DNA of 64,000 nt from an uncultured Gammaproteobacteria bacterium (GTDB lineage: Bacteria > Patescibacteriota > Patescibacteriia > VMEV01 > CAZAJQ01): NCBI GenBank assembly GCA_964485795.1, contig CAZAJQ010000001.1, positions 78,014-142,013 on the forward strand. The letters run 5' to 3'. Both the position numbers and the translations under genes were made by a program. A model generated the notes under the pieces. It was not told where the DNA came from. It saw only the letters and a list, made by a program, of their open reading frames with translations, and ran no database searches. The stretch's first letter is position 1. The number at the start of each line of letters is the position of its first letter. This document shows, piece after piece, positions 17,655-26,714 of the stretch.

Positions 17655-17963
17655 TCATGAAGGAACTTTTATTGCCTTCACTCCATAGAGAATCAACCCT
17701 TCCTCGCTTTTTGAAATCTTTCTCTTCATCAATGTTACCTCCTGCCCGATTTTCACGTCTTCACCATCCGCAACCGTAACCATGATCCGCTCATGGGAAT
17801 CGGCCAGCTCAATCAAGGCAACCGTATACGGCGTTTCGGCAACCATTCCGCTTGGAGCTGAAAAGAGTTTTGAAAACGTCAAAACCTTTCCTTTTTTCCC
17901 GAGGAAAGCCCGCATTTTTTTATGCTGCCGCCATACAAAAGGCGGGGTATGAAAAAGTGTCAT
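17655..17963 (-). CDS. DUF35-type OB-fold protein (thiolase/HMG-CoA synthase partner)
   Basis: GKVLTFS...TPYTVALIEL...VKIGQEV...GLILYGVK; last gene of the mevalonate cluster; start MTLFH. Confidence 0.85.
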   Translation of the reverse strand: MTLFHTPPFVWRQHKKMRAFLGKKGKVLTFSKLFSAPSGMVAETPYTVALIELADSHERIMVTVADGEDVKIGQEVTLMKRKISKSEEGLILYGVKAIKVPS

Positions 17964-17990
17964 AGAAAAAATACGTAATGGTATGAATTT

Positions 17991-18260
17991 CCTCCCCTTG
18001 GACAAGGGGAGGTGGCCGAAGGCCGGAGGGGTGAGCTTCGTGAACATGGCGTTTACCGTGTCCGAAGCGGAGGGGTGAGCTTCGTGAACATGGCGTTTAC
18101 CGTGTCCGAAGCGAAGGGGTGAGCTCCGCGAAAATGGAGCTTACCGTGTCCGAGCCGGAGGCCTGGCTCTGGCAGGGGGGTGCTTCATGAGTAAGTGCCT
18201 ATTCAATGTTCCCGCCCCACCCCTCTGCCCTTCGGGCATCTCCCCTTGTCCAAGGGGAGA
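17991..18260. mobile_element. MITE/REP-like element: 43-bp terminal inverted repeats enclosing three 44-bp direct repeats
   Basis: 17991-18033 is the near-perfect reverse complement of 18218-18260; direct units start at 18025, 18069 and 18113. Confidence 0.7.
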
Positions 18261-18270
18261 ATACGCAACG

Positions 18271-19416
18271 TTATACCTTACCCAAAAGATGCATCACACA
18301 TGTCGCGCCGCTGCCGCCCACATTATGCGTCAATGCATATTTCACGTCCGGAGCCTGCCGCTTCCCCGCCTGCCCTCGAAGCTGCCATGCGGCTTCCGCG
18401 ATCTGTTTCACGCCGGTGGCGCCGACCGGATGACCGCACGCTTTCAAACCTCCGGACGTATTGAACGCCGGCTTCATATCGGAATGATTCATCATTTTCA
18501 TAAGCAACGCGCCACCTTCTCCTTTGTTTGCAAACCCGATATCCTCAAGCGCCATAAGACCCGCAATGGAAAAACAATCATGCACTTCGACAAGATCAAT
18601 GTCCGCCGGCTTCAAATTCGCGGTAGCGAATATTTTACGGCTGGCTTCTTGCGTTGATTTCAGACCGATCAAAGTTTTTCTGCCCGATAGCGAAAGCGTA
18701 TCGCAGGCGACTTCACTTGCGACTATGCAAACATCATTATCGGTTTTTCGCGCTTCCTCTGCCGACAATATCACGGCGCCCGCTCCGTCTGAAATCGGAG
18801 AGCACTCAAGCAAGGTCAAAGGGTCTGCGATCATCGAGCTTTCCAAAACGTCGTTAACTGAAATTTCTTTTTGAAACTGCGCCAACGGATTTTTCGCACC
18901 ATTCCGATGCGAAATGATCGAAGCTGCGGCCAGCTGCTCGCGTGTCGTTCCAAACGTTTCCATATGCTCCCTTGCCATCATGGCGTACAAAGCCGGAAAA
19001 GTAGCGCCGGCGAGACGTTCTTCGCTTGACGCGGCCTGCATCAAAAATGAAGCGACGGTCTCGGCCGAAAAGTCCGTCATCTTCTCCACGCCCACTACCA
19101 ACACTTTTTTATACTGCTTCGCCTCAATCGAAGTAACCGCCCGATGCACCGCAAGTCCTCCGGACGCGCAGGCTCCTTCGACGCGAAAACATGGGATGTT
19201 CACGCCGTATTGTTCACAGAGCAAGGCTCCCGCATGACTTTGCATGGCCGTTTCTCCGCAAAGCATCGTTCCGACGAAACACGCCTCAATCTCTGAAACG
19301 TTCATGCCGGAATCAAGCAACGCCAAATCAACGGCTTCTCGAAAAAGATCTTCAAAGCTTTTGTCCCAAATTTCTCCAAAACGCGTCATGCCGATGCCGG
19401 AGATGATCGTGTACAT
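18271..19416 (-). CDS. Acetoacetyl-CoA thiolase, archaeal/SCP2-like type
   Basis: VEGACASGG, EVHDCF, GHPVGATG, HNVGGSG. Confidence 0.93.
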   Translation of the reverse strand: MYTIISGIGMTRFGEIWDKSFEDLFREAVDLALLDSGMNVSEIEACFVGTMLCGETAMQSHAGALLCEQYGVNIPCFRVEGACASGGLAVHRAVTSIEAKQYKKVLVVGVEKMTDFSAETVASFLMQAASSEERLAGATFPALYAMMAREHMETFGTTREQLAAASIISHRNGAKNPLAQFQKEISVNDVLESSMIADPLTLLECSPISDGAGAVILSAEEARKTDNDVCIVASEVACDTLSLSGRKTLIGLKSTQEASRKIFATANLKPADIDLVEVHDCFSIAGLMALEDIGFANKGEGGALLMKMMNHSDMKPAFNTSGGLKACGHPVGATGVKQIAEAAWQLRGQAGKRQAPDVKYALTHNVGGSGATCVMHLLGKV

Positions 19417-19430
19417 AGGGGAAGAGGTAG

Positions 19431-19538
19431 GAGTAAGTAGTCAATTCTCAGCTCTCAGGAGTAAGTTCTCAGTGCGTAAGCATAACTGCAAAACGTCGAT
19501 TCGGCAGCTGAGTACTGAGAACTGACTGCTGACGCACT
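19431..19538. repeat. Degenerate heptamer repeats arranged as an inverted pair
   Basis: GTTCTCAG-type left arm and CTGAGTACTGAGAACTGACTGCTG right arm; same family as 2541 and 32271. Confidence 0.75.
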
Positions 19539-19544
19539 TGTTCC

Positions 19545-20582
19545 CTAACGCGACAATTTGCCGCGCATTTTTACGTACTGCGGATATGAAACGTATTTTT
19601 TCTCTCGAATCTGCTCCTGCAACGTATGATTTCTCTTGAAATTTTCAATATTCTTCGTGACTTCAAAAATAAAACTGTCCGAGCCCGAGCCCGAGCCGTA
19701 GGAAGTCATGAGGATTGATTCCCCCGCTTTCGCATGATCCAAAACGTTCGCAAGGCCGAGCATGCTGCATGCCGAGTAGGTATTTCCTATCTCGGATACG
19801 ATCATCCCCGCACGCAGCTGCTTTTCGGAAACTCCGAGCGTTTTTGCGGCCATTTGGGGAAATTTACCGTTGGGCATATGAAAAATCACATGATCGAAAT
19901 CGGAAACGCTTTTACCGTTTTTTTTCAAAATCTTTTTGGTCGCGGATACGACATGCTCGAAGTATGCGGGTTCACCGGTGAATCTCCCTCCGTGAGCGGG
20001 GTACTCGGACTTTGGCGCTCGCCAAAAATCGGGCGTATCGGAAGCCATGGAAAACGTATCTTTCATCTCGCAGATGATTTCATCTTTTTTATTTCCAAAA
20101 AGAAACGCGGCCGCGCCGCTCGCCGCCGTATACTCGAGCATATCCCCCGGTGCTCCTTGAGCCGTGTCAGCGCCTACGGCAAAGCCATACGCTATCATAT
20201 TCGAGCGAACCATTGAGGCAACGATTTGCATGGCCGCGGTTCCGGCTTTGCACGCGAATTCCAAGTCTGCGGAAAAATAATCTCGCATGCCGAGAGCCTG
20301 TCCCACGAGCGTTCCGCTTGGCTTCACGGCGTACGGATGACTTTCGGAGCCGATGAACATCGCTCCGATATCTGCGGACGATATCGAAACGCTTTCCAAA
20401 GCGTATATGGCCGCGCTCAAAGCCAAAGTCACCGTATCTTCGTCCGCGGACGCTACGGCTTTTTCTCGTAAAAGAAGTCCTCTCTTGATGTTTTCAGGAT
20501 CTTTCCCGTGCGCTTGGGCTATTTCATCAGCGGTAATGCGAAACATGGGAATAAAAGATCCATAGGTGATGATACCGGACAT
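19545..20582 (-). CDS. mvaS: HMG-CoA synthase, archaeal type
   Basis: GSESHPYAVKP, DLEFACKAGT, FHMPNGKFP, IGNTYS, SYGSGSGSD. Confidence 0.95.
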   Translation of the reverse strand: MSGIITYGSFIPMFRITADEIAQAHGKDPENIKRGLLLREKAVASADEDTVTLALSAAIYALESVSISSADIGAMFIGSESHPYAVKPSGTLVGQALGMRDYFSADLEFACKAGTAAMQIVASMVRSNMIAYGFAVGADTAQGAPGDMLEYTAASGAAAFLFGNKKDEIICEMKDTFSMASDTPDFWRAPKSEYPAHGGRFTGEPAYFEHVVSATKKILKKNGKSVSDFDHVIFHMPNGKFPQMAAKTLGVSEKQLRAGMIVSEIGNTYSACSMLGLANVLDHAKAGESILMTSYGSGSGSDSFIFEVTKNIENFKRNHTLQEQIREKKYVSYPQYVKMRGKLSR

Positions 20583-20680
20583 GAACGTGAAAATTTATCT
20601 TTTGATAAACAGCCTGTCCCGCATATCGGTGAACGAAGGATGACAAGGATAATTCCGGACTTATGGCACTGATATCTTCG

Positions 20681-21829
20681 CTACGAACGTTCACGGTAAC
20701 TCTTATGCACACGAGCCAAATCCTGCGAGGCGAGGCATGCAAGCAGAGATATTTCGCCGGCCAAGACGGCGCCGGCGATGATTTCAACGAAGGCGTGATG
20801 AGCGCTGCCAGGGTTACCCTCGTCGATGGTGATTCCCATCATGGCCAGCGATTCACTTTGCTTGGGAAGTCCGGTGCCTCCGCCCACGACCCCGCATACC
20901 ACGCTCGGCAAAAAAACATTGACATAGACGCCGCCGTCCTTTTCCTTCTCGACGGATGTGATCCCGAGACTTCCTTCCACGACATGCGCCATATCCTGCC
21001 CCGTCGCCAAAAAAATCGCGGAAATGATGTTTGCATAATGCGCATTCATGGCCATCGAACCGGCGGCAAGCGATCCGGCAACGATCTTGCTCTGATACAC
21101 GTCAAAAAATTCATCGGCATCGGTCTTGAGCACGTTTTTCAAAACATCCGCCGTCAATACGACCTCGGCGTTCACGGAATATCCGCGGCCTTCAAGCATA
21201 TGGGTGAATGCCGCCTTTTTATCGCTGCAATAATTTCCCGACAATGAGCGACATCGCACTTTTGTTTCGGGTTCGATGATGTGAGAAATGAGATGGTCGC
21301 ACGCGATCACCGCCATATTCATCCCCATGGCATCTTTGGGATCAAAGGTGAATTTCACAAAAACATTTCTCCCGATCTGCTTGCAAAAAATGCCGACGAG
21401 CTCCAAAAATCGGCTCGTCTTGCGAATTTCAGCGCCGAATCTCTCTTTGTTTTTCATGATAAAATCCATGAAATCCTTTCCCTGCCGCTGATGCAGCACT
21501 CGAAAAACCGGAGCGCGCGTGATGCCGACATGATGCGCCCTCACAGTCGCTCCTCCGGACAAGGTGATCGCTTTGCACCCGCGATTGACACTGGCGACGA
21601 GGCACCCCTCGGTCGTGGACAGCGTCAATATCCTTTCGTCGTTGACGATGTCTCCGTTGATTTTCAGCGGCCCGGCGATGCCGAGCGGAACGCTCACCGC
21701 GCCGATCATATTTTCGCAGTTCTTTGTCGCGCATCCGAGATACTCGTCGCTTCCGGCAAGAATCTTCGCGGCACTCACGCGACCGTACGATAATATTTTT
21801 TCTAATTTTTCACGGCTCTTTTCCGACAT
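20681..21829 (-). CDS. hmgA: HMG-CoA reductase, class I (NADPH)
   Basis: CENMIG, TTEGCLVAS, DAMGMNM, SGNYCSDKK, VGGGT, LAGEISL. Confidence 0.96.
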   Translation of the reverse strand: MSEKSREKLEKILSYGRVSAAKILAGSDEYLGCATKNCENMIGAVSVPLGIAGPLKINGDIVNDERILTLSTTEGCLVASVNRGCKAITLSGGATVRAHHVGITRAPVFRVLHQRQGKDFMDFIMKNKERFGAEIRKTSRFLELVGIFCKQIGRNVFVKFTFDPKDAMGMNMAVIACDHLISHIIEPETKVRCRSLSGNYCSDKKAAFTHMLEGRGYSVNAEVVLTADVLKNVLKTDADEFFDVYQSKIVAGSLAAGSMAMNAHYANIISAIFLATGQDMAHVVEGSLGITSVEKEKDGGVYVNVFLPSVVCGVVGGGTGLPKQSESLAMMGITIDEGNPGSAHHAFVEIIAGAVLAGEISLLACLASQDLARVHKSYRERS

Positions 21830-22839
21830 AGGTGATGGCTGTAAAGCTGTTGACTTCCGAGACTTTTGAGATCTTTTGATCCGGTGGCGAACATGGTGAT
21901 TTTGAGTTCCAAAATCAATCGTTCGATGGTTTTCATGACTTGTTCATGGGATATTACCGCGCTTTGCAAAAAAGGCAAGGCGCAAGACGCATACTTGGCT
22001 CCGAGCGCAATGCATTTGGCGATGTCAAGCCCGGTGCGCACTCCCCCTCCGGCTATCACGTCCACACCGCTCACCCTTGACGCCTCAAGCACGGCAATGG
22101 GAGTCGGGATTCCGAAATTTCGAAACGTCTCTCCGATATCGCGATAATCGCTCCGTCGCTTGCCTTCGATCCACGCCCATGAAGTTCCGCCGCTTCCGGA
22201 AACATCGATGATCGAGATGCCTATATCTTTTAAACGTTTCACCGTTGATCGTGAAATCCCGGCACCGACTTCTTTCGCCATGAAGGGAATATCGAGGTGA
22301 GCGACAACGCGCTCCATTTTTTCCAGCAAACCAAAATAATTTTTATCTCCTTCAAACTGAACGGCTTCTTGCAAAGGGTTCAGATGAAAACACAGAGCAT
22401 CGGCTTTGACAATATCAATGATTTTCTTTATATCTTCGAGTGTCACTCCATAGTTGAGCTGCACCGCTCCGAGATTGGCGAAAACGGGAATGGTGGGTGC
22501 GAATTTTCTCACGACCGCAAAGGTTTTCTTTGCGTCTTCTTTTTCCAGCATGATGCGCTGCGATCCCACGCCCATGGGCAATCTCAGCTTTTCAGCCGCT
22601 TGCGCCAAATTCGCGTTGATCGTCTCCCCGTGTTGTGTTCCTCCGGTCATGGATCCTATAATAAGGGGGGCGGAAATTTTTTTTCCCAAAAAAATCGTTT
22701 CCGCGGAGATTTCGTCAAAATTTATTTCCGGAAGCGCATTGTTTTCAAAAAAAAGATCATCAAAATATCGCTGCTTGGTATCAACTTCTTCCGAAAGACA
22801 AATATCAATATGATGTTTTTTCCTTTCCGATAACGACAT
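21802..22839 (-). CDS. fni: Type 2 isopentenyl-diphosphate isomerase
   Basis: RKKHHIDIC, SMTGG, GVGSQR, HLNPLQE, KEVGAG, GSGGTSW; start MSLSERK (ATG at 22839). Confidence 0.95.
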   Translation of the reverse strand: MSLSERKKHHIDICLSEEVDTKQRYFDDLFFENNALPEINFDEISAETIFLGKKISAPLIIGSMTGGTQHGETINANLAQAAEKLRLPMGVGSQRIMLEKEDAKKTFAVVRKFAPTIPVFANLGAVQLNYGVTLEDIKKIIDIVKADALCFHLNPLQEAVQFEGDKNYFGLLEKMERVVAHLDIPFMAKEVGAGISRSTVKRLKDIGISIIDVSGSGGTSWAWIEGKRRSDYRDIGETFRNFGIPTPIAVLEASRVSGVDVIAGGGVRTGLDIAKCIALGAKYASCALPFLQSAVISHEQVMKTIERLILELKITMFATGSKDLKSLGSQQLYSHHLCRKRAVKN

Positions 22840-23760
22840 ATGGCTCTTGCACTCGCCCCCACAAAACTCATTCTCATCGGTGAACATGCGGTTGTGTACG
22901 GATATCCGGGACTTTCTTTGCCTTTGCCGCTTCTCACCACCGCCGAAGTGCTCCATCATGGTGAGCCCGACATTCATCTGGAAGCGAATTTCAAACTTGC
23001 GGAAGAAGTGGTCGACTGGCTCCACAAGCTCCTCGACCCGCTTTTCGATATTTTTCCAAATAAAAACAATCTCCTCGTCCGTCTTCATGTGACGGCCGAG
23101 GCAGGTTCGGGGATGGGCGTATCCGCAAGCGTTGCCGTGGCTTTGATACGCGCATTCTTTGATTATTATAATAAAAAACTGGACCAAAAGACACTTTTTG
23201 ATCTGGCTCGGCAGATGGAAACCGTCTCCCACGGAAAACCAAGCGGAATCGATCATACCACGATCATTGAGAATGAACCACTTTTTTTCAAAAAAATCAA
23301 CGGAAAGCTTTCCATTCGAAAAATTCCAAAACTTTTCAATCCCATGATTTTCAAACATTGCGCCATACTCTTCAGCGGAAAACCTATCGAAAGCACGAAA
23401 ACGATGGTTGAGCTCGTGAAAACGCGTCATGAACGCGATGAAAACTTGGTCAATGAAACGTTTGAGAACATCGAAAATCTCACCTATGCGCTTTTTACCA
23501 GCCTCATGATTTCCGACGAAACGCTTTTTCACGAGACGCTCGCTTACGCCGGAGATCAGCTCACGGCATTGGGAGTCGTCTCACCGACCGCTTCCCGCTT
23601 GCGAAAAAAGCTTGAAACGCTTGGAGTCGCTTCCAAAATTTCCGGAGCCGGAGGAGCATGCGCCGGATCGGGTATCCTTCTCTGCCATCATGAAGATCAA
23701 AACATCATCACGGATTTCGCGAACCGAAACGATATCAAGTTTTGGACTCCATGGGCTTGA
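22840..23760 (+). CDS. mvk: Mevalonate kinase (GHMP), inverted relative to the cluster
   Basis: PTKLILIGEHAVVYG, GSGMGVSAS, HGKPSGID, KISGAGG. Confidence 0.93.
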   Translation: MALALAPTKLILIGEHAVVYGYPGLSLPLPLLTTAEVLHHGEPDIHLEANFKLAEEVVDWLHKLLDPLFDIFPNKNNLLVRLHVTAEAGSGMGVSASVAVALIRAFFDYYNKKLDQKTLFDLARQMETVSHGKPSGIDHTTIIENEPLFFKKINGKLSIRKIPKLFNPMIFKHCAILFSGKPIESTKTMVELVKTRHERDENLVNETFENIENLTYALFTSLMISDETLFHETLAYAGDQLTALGVVSPTASRLRKKLETLGVASKISGAGGACAGSGILLCHHEDQNIITDFANRNDIKFWTPWA

Positions 23761-24547
23761 TGAGACTTCCGATGCACGGTGCTCCTTTCAACGCCGAAAA
23801 AAATCGTTCCGGTTCATTGCCGTTGATGATGAGCGTTTGCACTCCAACGTCGGCGAGCGCGAGAGCGGTTTCAAGTTTGTGTCGCATGCCGCCGGTCACA
23901 TCCGCGACCGTCGGTTCATGAATAAAGCGAAAAATCTCTTTCTGATTTTCTCTCGTGATGACGGGAACGACCTCGCCGCGGTCATCCGTGATCCCGTCCC
24001 TATCCGAAAGCATCAGAATGGTTTTGACGGGATATTTTTTCGTCTCCGTCCATGATTGTGCCAAATATTCAAGCGTGATTTCATTTGAATTGATGCTCAC
24101 TCCGACGGTTTTATCCACGATGACATCCCCGTAGACGACGGGCAGAAAACCTTTTTCCAAAGCTCCGCAAAGAACATCATCAAACAATGCGACGATATTT
24201 TTTTTGTCGTTCACGGTAAACCCGGAAGGAGCGAAAGACATGGCCGGAATATTCGCGAGAAGCAGCTCTTTCATCACCAGCCGATTGAGTCGAGCGACCG
24301 CATCATGCACAAGACAAGCCCCGAGTCTCCCGTACGCGTCGTGAAAACCGTTCGCGGTTCCAAACTTTTTTGCGGCCGGATGACCGAAAGACCCGGCTCC
24401 ATGACCCAAAACAAGAGAAACGTCGGGATAAGCCTTCATAAACCGCGACAATACACCGGCCAAATTTCGAACGGATTCTTCTCGAAACACTTCGACGTCT
24501 GATTTGTCCGTGATGACGCTTCCTCCCAGTTTAATAAGAATCATCAT
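23735..24547 (-). CDS. ipk: Isopentenyl phosphate kinase
   Basis: IKLGGSVITDK, HGAGSFGH, PVVYGD, DVTGGMRHK; amino-acid-kinase fold in a mevalonate cluster. Confidence 0.92.
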   Translation of the reverse strand: MMILIKLGGSVITDKSDVEVFREESVRNLAGVLSRFMKAYPDVSLVLGHGAGSFGHPAAKKFGTANGFHDAYGRLGACLVHDAVARLNRLVMKELLLANIPAMSFAPSGFTVNDKKNIVALFDDVLCGALEKGFLPVVYGDVIVDKTVGVSINSNEITLEYLAQSWTETKKYPVKTILMLSDRDGITDDRGEVVPVITRENQKEIFRFIHEPTVADVTGGMRHKLETALALADVGVQTLIINGNEPERFFSALKGAPCIGSLIKPMESKT

Positions 24548-24555
24548 ACAAAATT

Positions 24556-25575
24556 TTATTCGTTGACGGCTTCCAAAACGATTTTCGCTCCTTCCGCCGG
24601 CTTATTTTCGATCAGGGTAATCACCCCCGGCACCGACGCAAGCTCATTCTTGACGTTCAAAACGCAATCGCCTTCGCAAATGACGTGAACATTGGATCCG
24701 GCGTCAATCGTCGCATAGGCGAGTATTCCTTTTTCACGAAGCTCCCTGACGCGATCGAGCACTCTCATGGTGGAATCGTTCCAATAAAATATCGGGGGCT
24801 TTTGCGTCATGGCGATGCAATGCATGCAGACGCTGTCTTCTTCGATCACGGTTCCCAAAGCGCGAATGTCTTTTTTTTCTATCGCCTCCCGGCATCTTCG
24901 TAATCGATCCGGTATCGCGGATATCCTCGAGGGAAAGTGCGGACTGGTCTCGGCGGCTCGGTGTCCGTCGCTTGAAGACACTTTCTTTTTATCCACGGCG
25001 ACCACGGCCACGATATCGGCCAGATCCCAATGCTCATGCGTCGCGATTTACACGGAATGACAAGTATCGCGGCAATAATCCATGCAAGATTCCACAAAAC
25101 CGCCGTGACTGGATCGCATGGCGGACACCGAGCCGCCGAGACGAATGAGCTCGGAAAGTCTTTTCCTGTCATTCACGTATTCATCCAGTCCGTACGCTTG
25201 ACACAAAGCGAGCGTCAAAGCCGCAAATCCCGAGGCCGATGATGCGATACCGACATCGGAGGGGAAATTGTTTTCCGAACGGATATTCGCGAATCTCAAA
25301 TCGTTTCCCAACGCTCGAATTCGACCGATATGCTCAAACATCAAACGCTGCTTGATATCGCCTTCGTTTTTGACCCGTTGAAATTCTTTCCCGAAAAATT
25401 TCACCCTCACGTCATCGTCAATAGATTTTTCCATGATTTCAACGCTCGTCACCGTGAAACAATTCGAAAGGGTCATGGAAATGGTATTGGTATAAGGCAA
25501 AAAAATGGTCTTGTCTTTTTGACCCCAATATTTGATAAACGCGATATTTGCCGGTGCCCATGCCGTCGCTTTCAT
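24556..25575 (-). pseudogene. mvaD: (Di)phosphomevalonate decarboxylase interrupted by one in-frame TAA at 25048-25050
   Basis: ANIAFIKYWG, GIASSASG, KKKVSSSDGH, TIDAGSNVH are all in one frame; junction reads CHSV*IATHEHWDL. Confidence 0.85.
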
Positions 25576-25584
25576 ATGTGCTTT

Positions 25585-26655
25585 CTAAACGTCTCGATGT
25601 ATCATAAAATCAGCCAAATCTTTGAAAAATCGAAACCCTTCTTCCGAAAAAAATTTTGGATTCAAGTGCTCGATCGCTTCTTTGTGAAGTTTTTTCGCCA
25701 ACCTTTTCGAATACTGCAGCGAACCGGTTTCTTCCACGATCTTTTTGACCTTTCGGGCATCGTCAGCCGTAATATCCGGATTTCCCAAAGTCTTTTCAAA
25801 AATTTTTCGTTGCGACGGCGAGCAATTTTGCAAAGCCTTGACGATGAGCAGGGTTCTTTTTCCCTGTCTGAGGTCGGAAAGCACGCTTTTTCCGATTTTT
25901 TTTTCGTCTCCGAACAGTCCCAAAATATCATCCTGCAATTGAAACGCCACACCCACCGGAATCGCGTATGCGGTGAGATTTTCCATCACTTTTCGCGGCG
26001 CGTTCGCAAGCATGGCTCCGATATGCAGAGGCGCTTCCACCGAATACTTTCCCGTCTTGTACGTATGCACTTTCATGACATGATTGCGTGTGGCATCTTC
26101 ACGCATTTCAAGAAAAATGTCCAGCATTTGACCGATATTCACTTCTTTGATCACGTCCAAAAGATGCAGCATAAGATGATTTTTCACGTCCGAAGAAAAT
26201 TTCGTCTTGAGCACCGCCTCTTTTGCCACTTCGGAAAGCAAAATGCCGGCGATGATGCCCATGGAATTTCCGAAATGTTCTCGATTTTTGGCCGCGTAAT
26301 TTTTCCGATTCATCTTGCTGTACCGATAATGTATCGTGGGACATCCGCGTCGTTTCGTGTCCCGATCCATGATATCGTCATGAATCAATAAAAAACTGTG
26401 GATCAGCTCCATAGCCATCGCGACTTGAAAAACGTCTTCATCGTGTCCCTTACCTCCGCAGGCGAAGTATCCGAAATACACCAAAGCCCCGCGCATCTTT
26501 TTTCCTTTTCCCACGCAAATATCCTTGATATGGCGAAAAAGCTCGGCTCCCAGTGGTGTAATGAGACGCGCTTCTTCCATCTTTTCATTCAAATACGTCT
26601 CAAGATCGGCATCCATCTTTTTTTTGAAATCTGCCAATTGATCGGGTATCTTCAT
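25585..26655 (-). CDS. trans-Polyprenyl diphosphate synthase (FPP/GGPP synthase family)
   Basis: GKKMRG, LIHDDIMD..RRG, GQMLD, KT, FQLQDDILG, DLRQGKRT. Confidence 0.95.
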   Translation of the reverse strand: MKIPDQLADFKKKMDADLETYLNEKMEEARLITPLGAELFRHIKDICVGKGKKMRGALVYFGYFACGGKGHDEDVFQVAMAMELIHSFLLIHDDIMDRDTKRRGCPTIHYRYSKMNRKNYAAKNREHFGNSMGIIAGILLSEVAKEAVLKTKFSSDVKNHLMLHLLDVIKEVNIGQMLDIFLEMREDATRNHVMKVHTYKTGKYSVEAPLHIGAMLANAPRKVMENLTAYAIPVGVAFQLQDDILGLFGDEKKIGKSVLSDLRQGKRTLLIVKALQNCSPSQRKIFEKTLGNPDITADDARKVKKIVEETGSLQYSKRLAKKLHKEAIEHLNPKFFSEEGFRFFKDLADFMIHRDV

Positions 26656-26680
26656 AGACTACAAAACTCCATTGAAACAC

Positions 26681-26708
26681 AAAAAACCCTTTACCACGGG
26701 TAAAGGGT
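26681..26708 (-). terminator. Intrinsic terminator
   Basis: ACCCTTTACC-CGT-GGTAAAGGGT followed by T-tract on the minus strand, just after the 26715 stop. Confidence 0.75.
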
Positions 26709-26714
26709 GAAACA

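Noticed and set aside
18025-18160. 44-bp repeats as a CRISPR array
   Set aside because: Units are contiguous with no unique spacers, and no cas genes are present
22840-23532. N-terminal 231-aa extension of fni in the ORF track (576-aa ORF)
   Set aside because: It is the antisense of mvk; IDI-2 homology starts at MSLSERK
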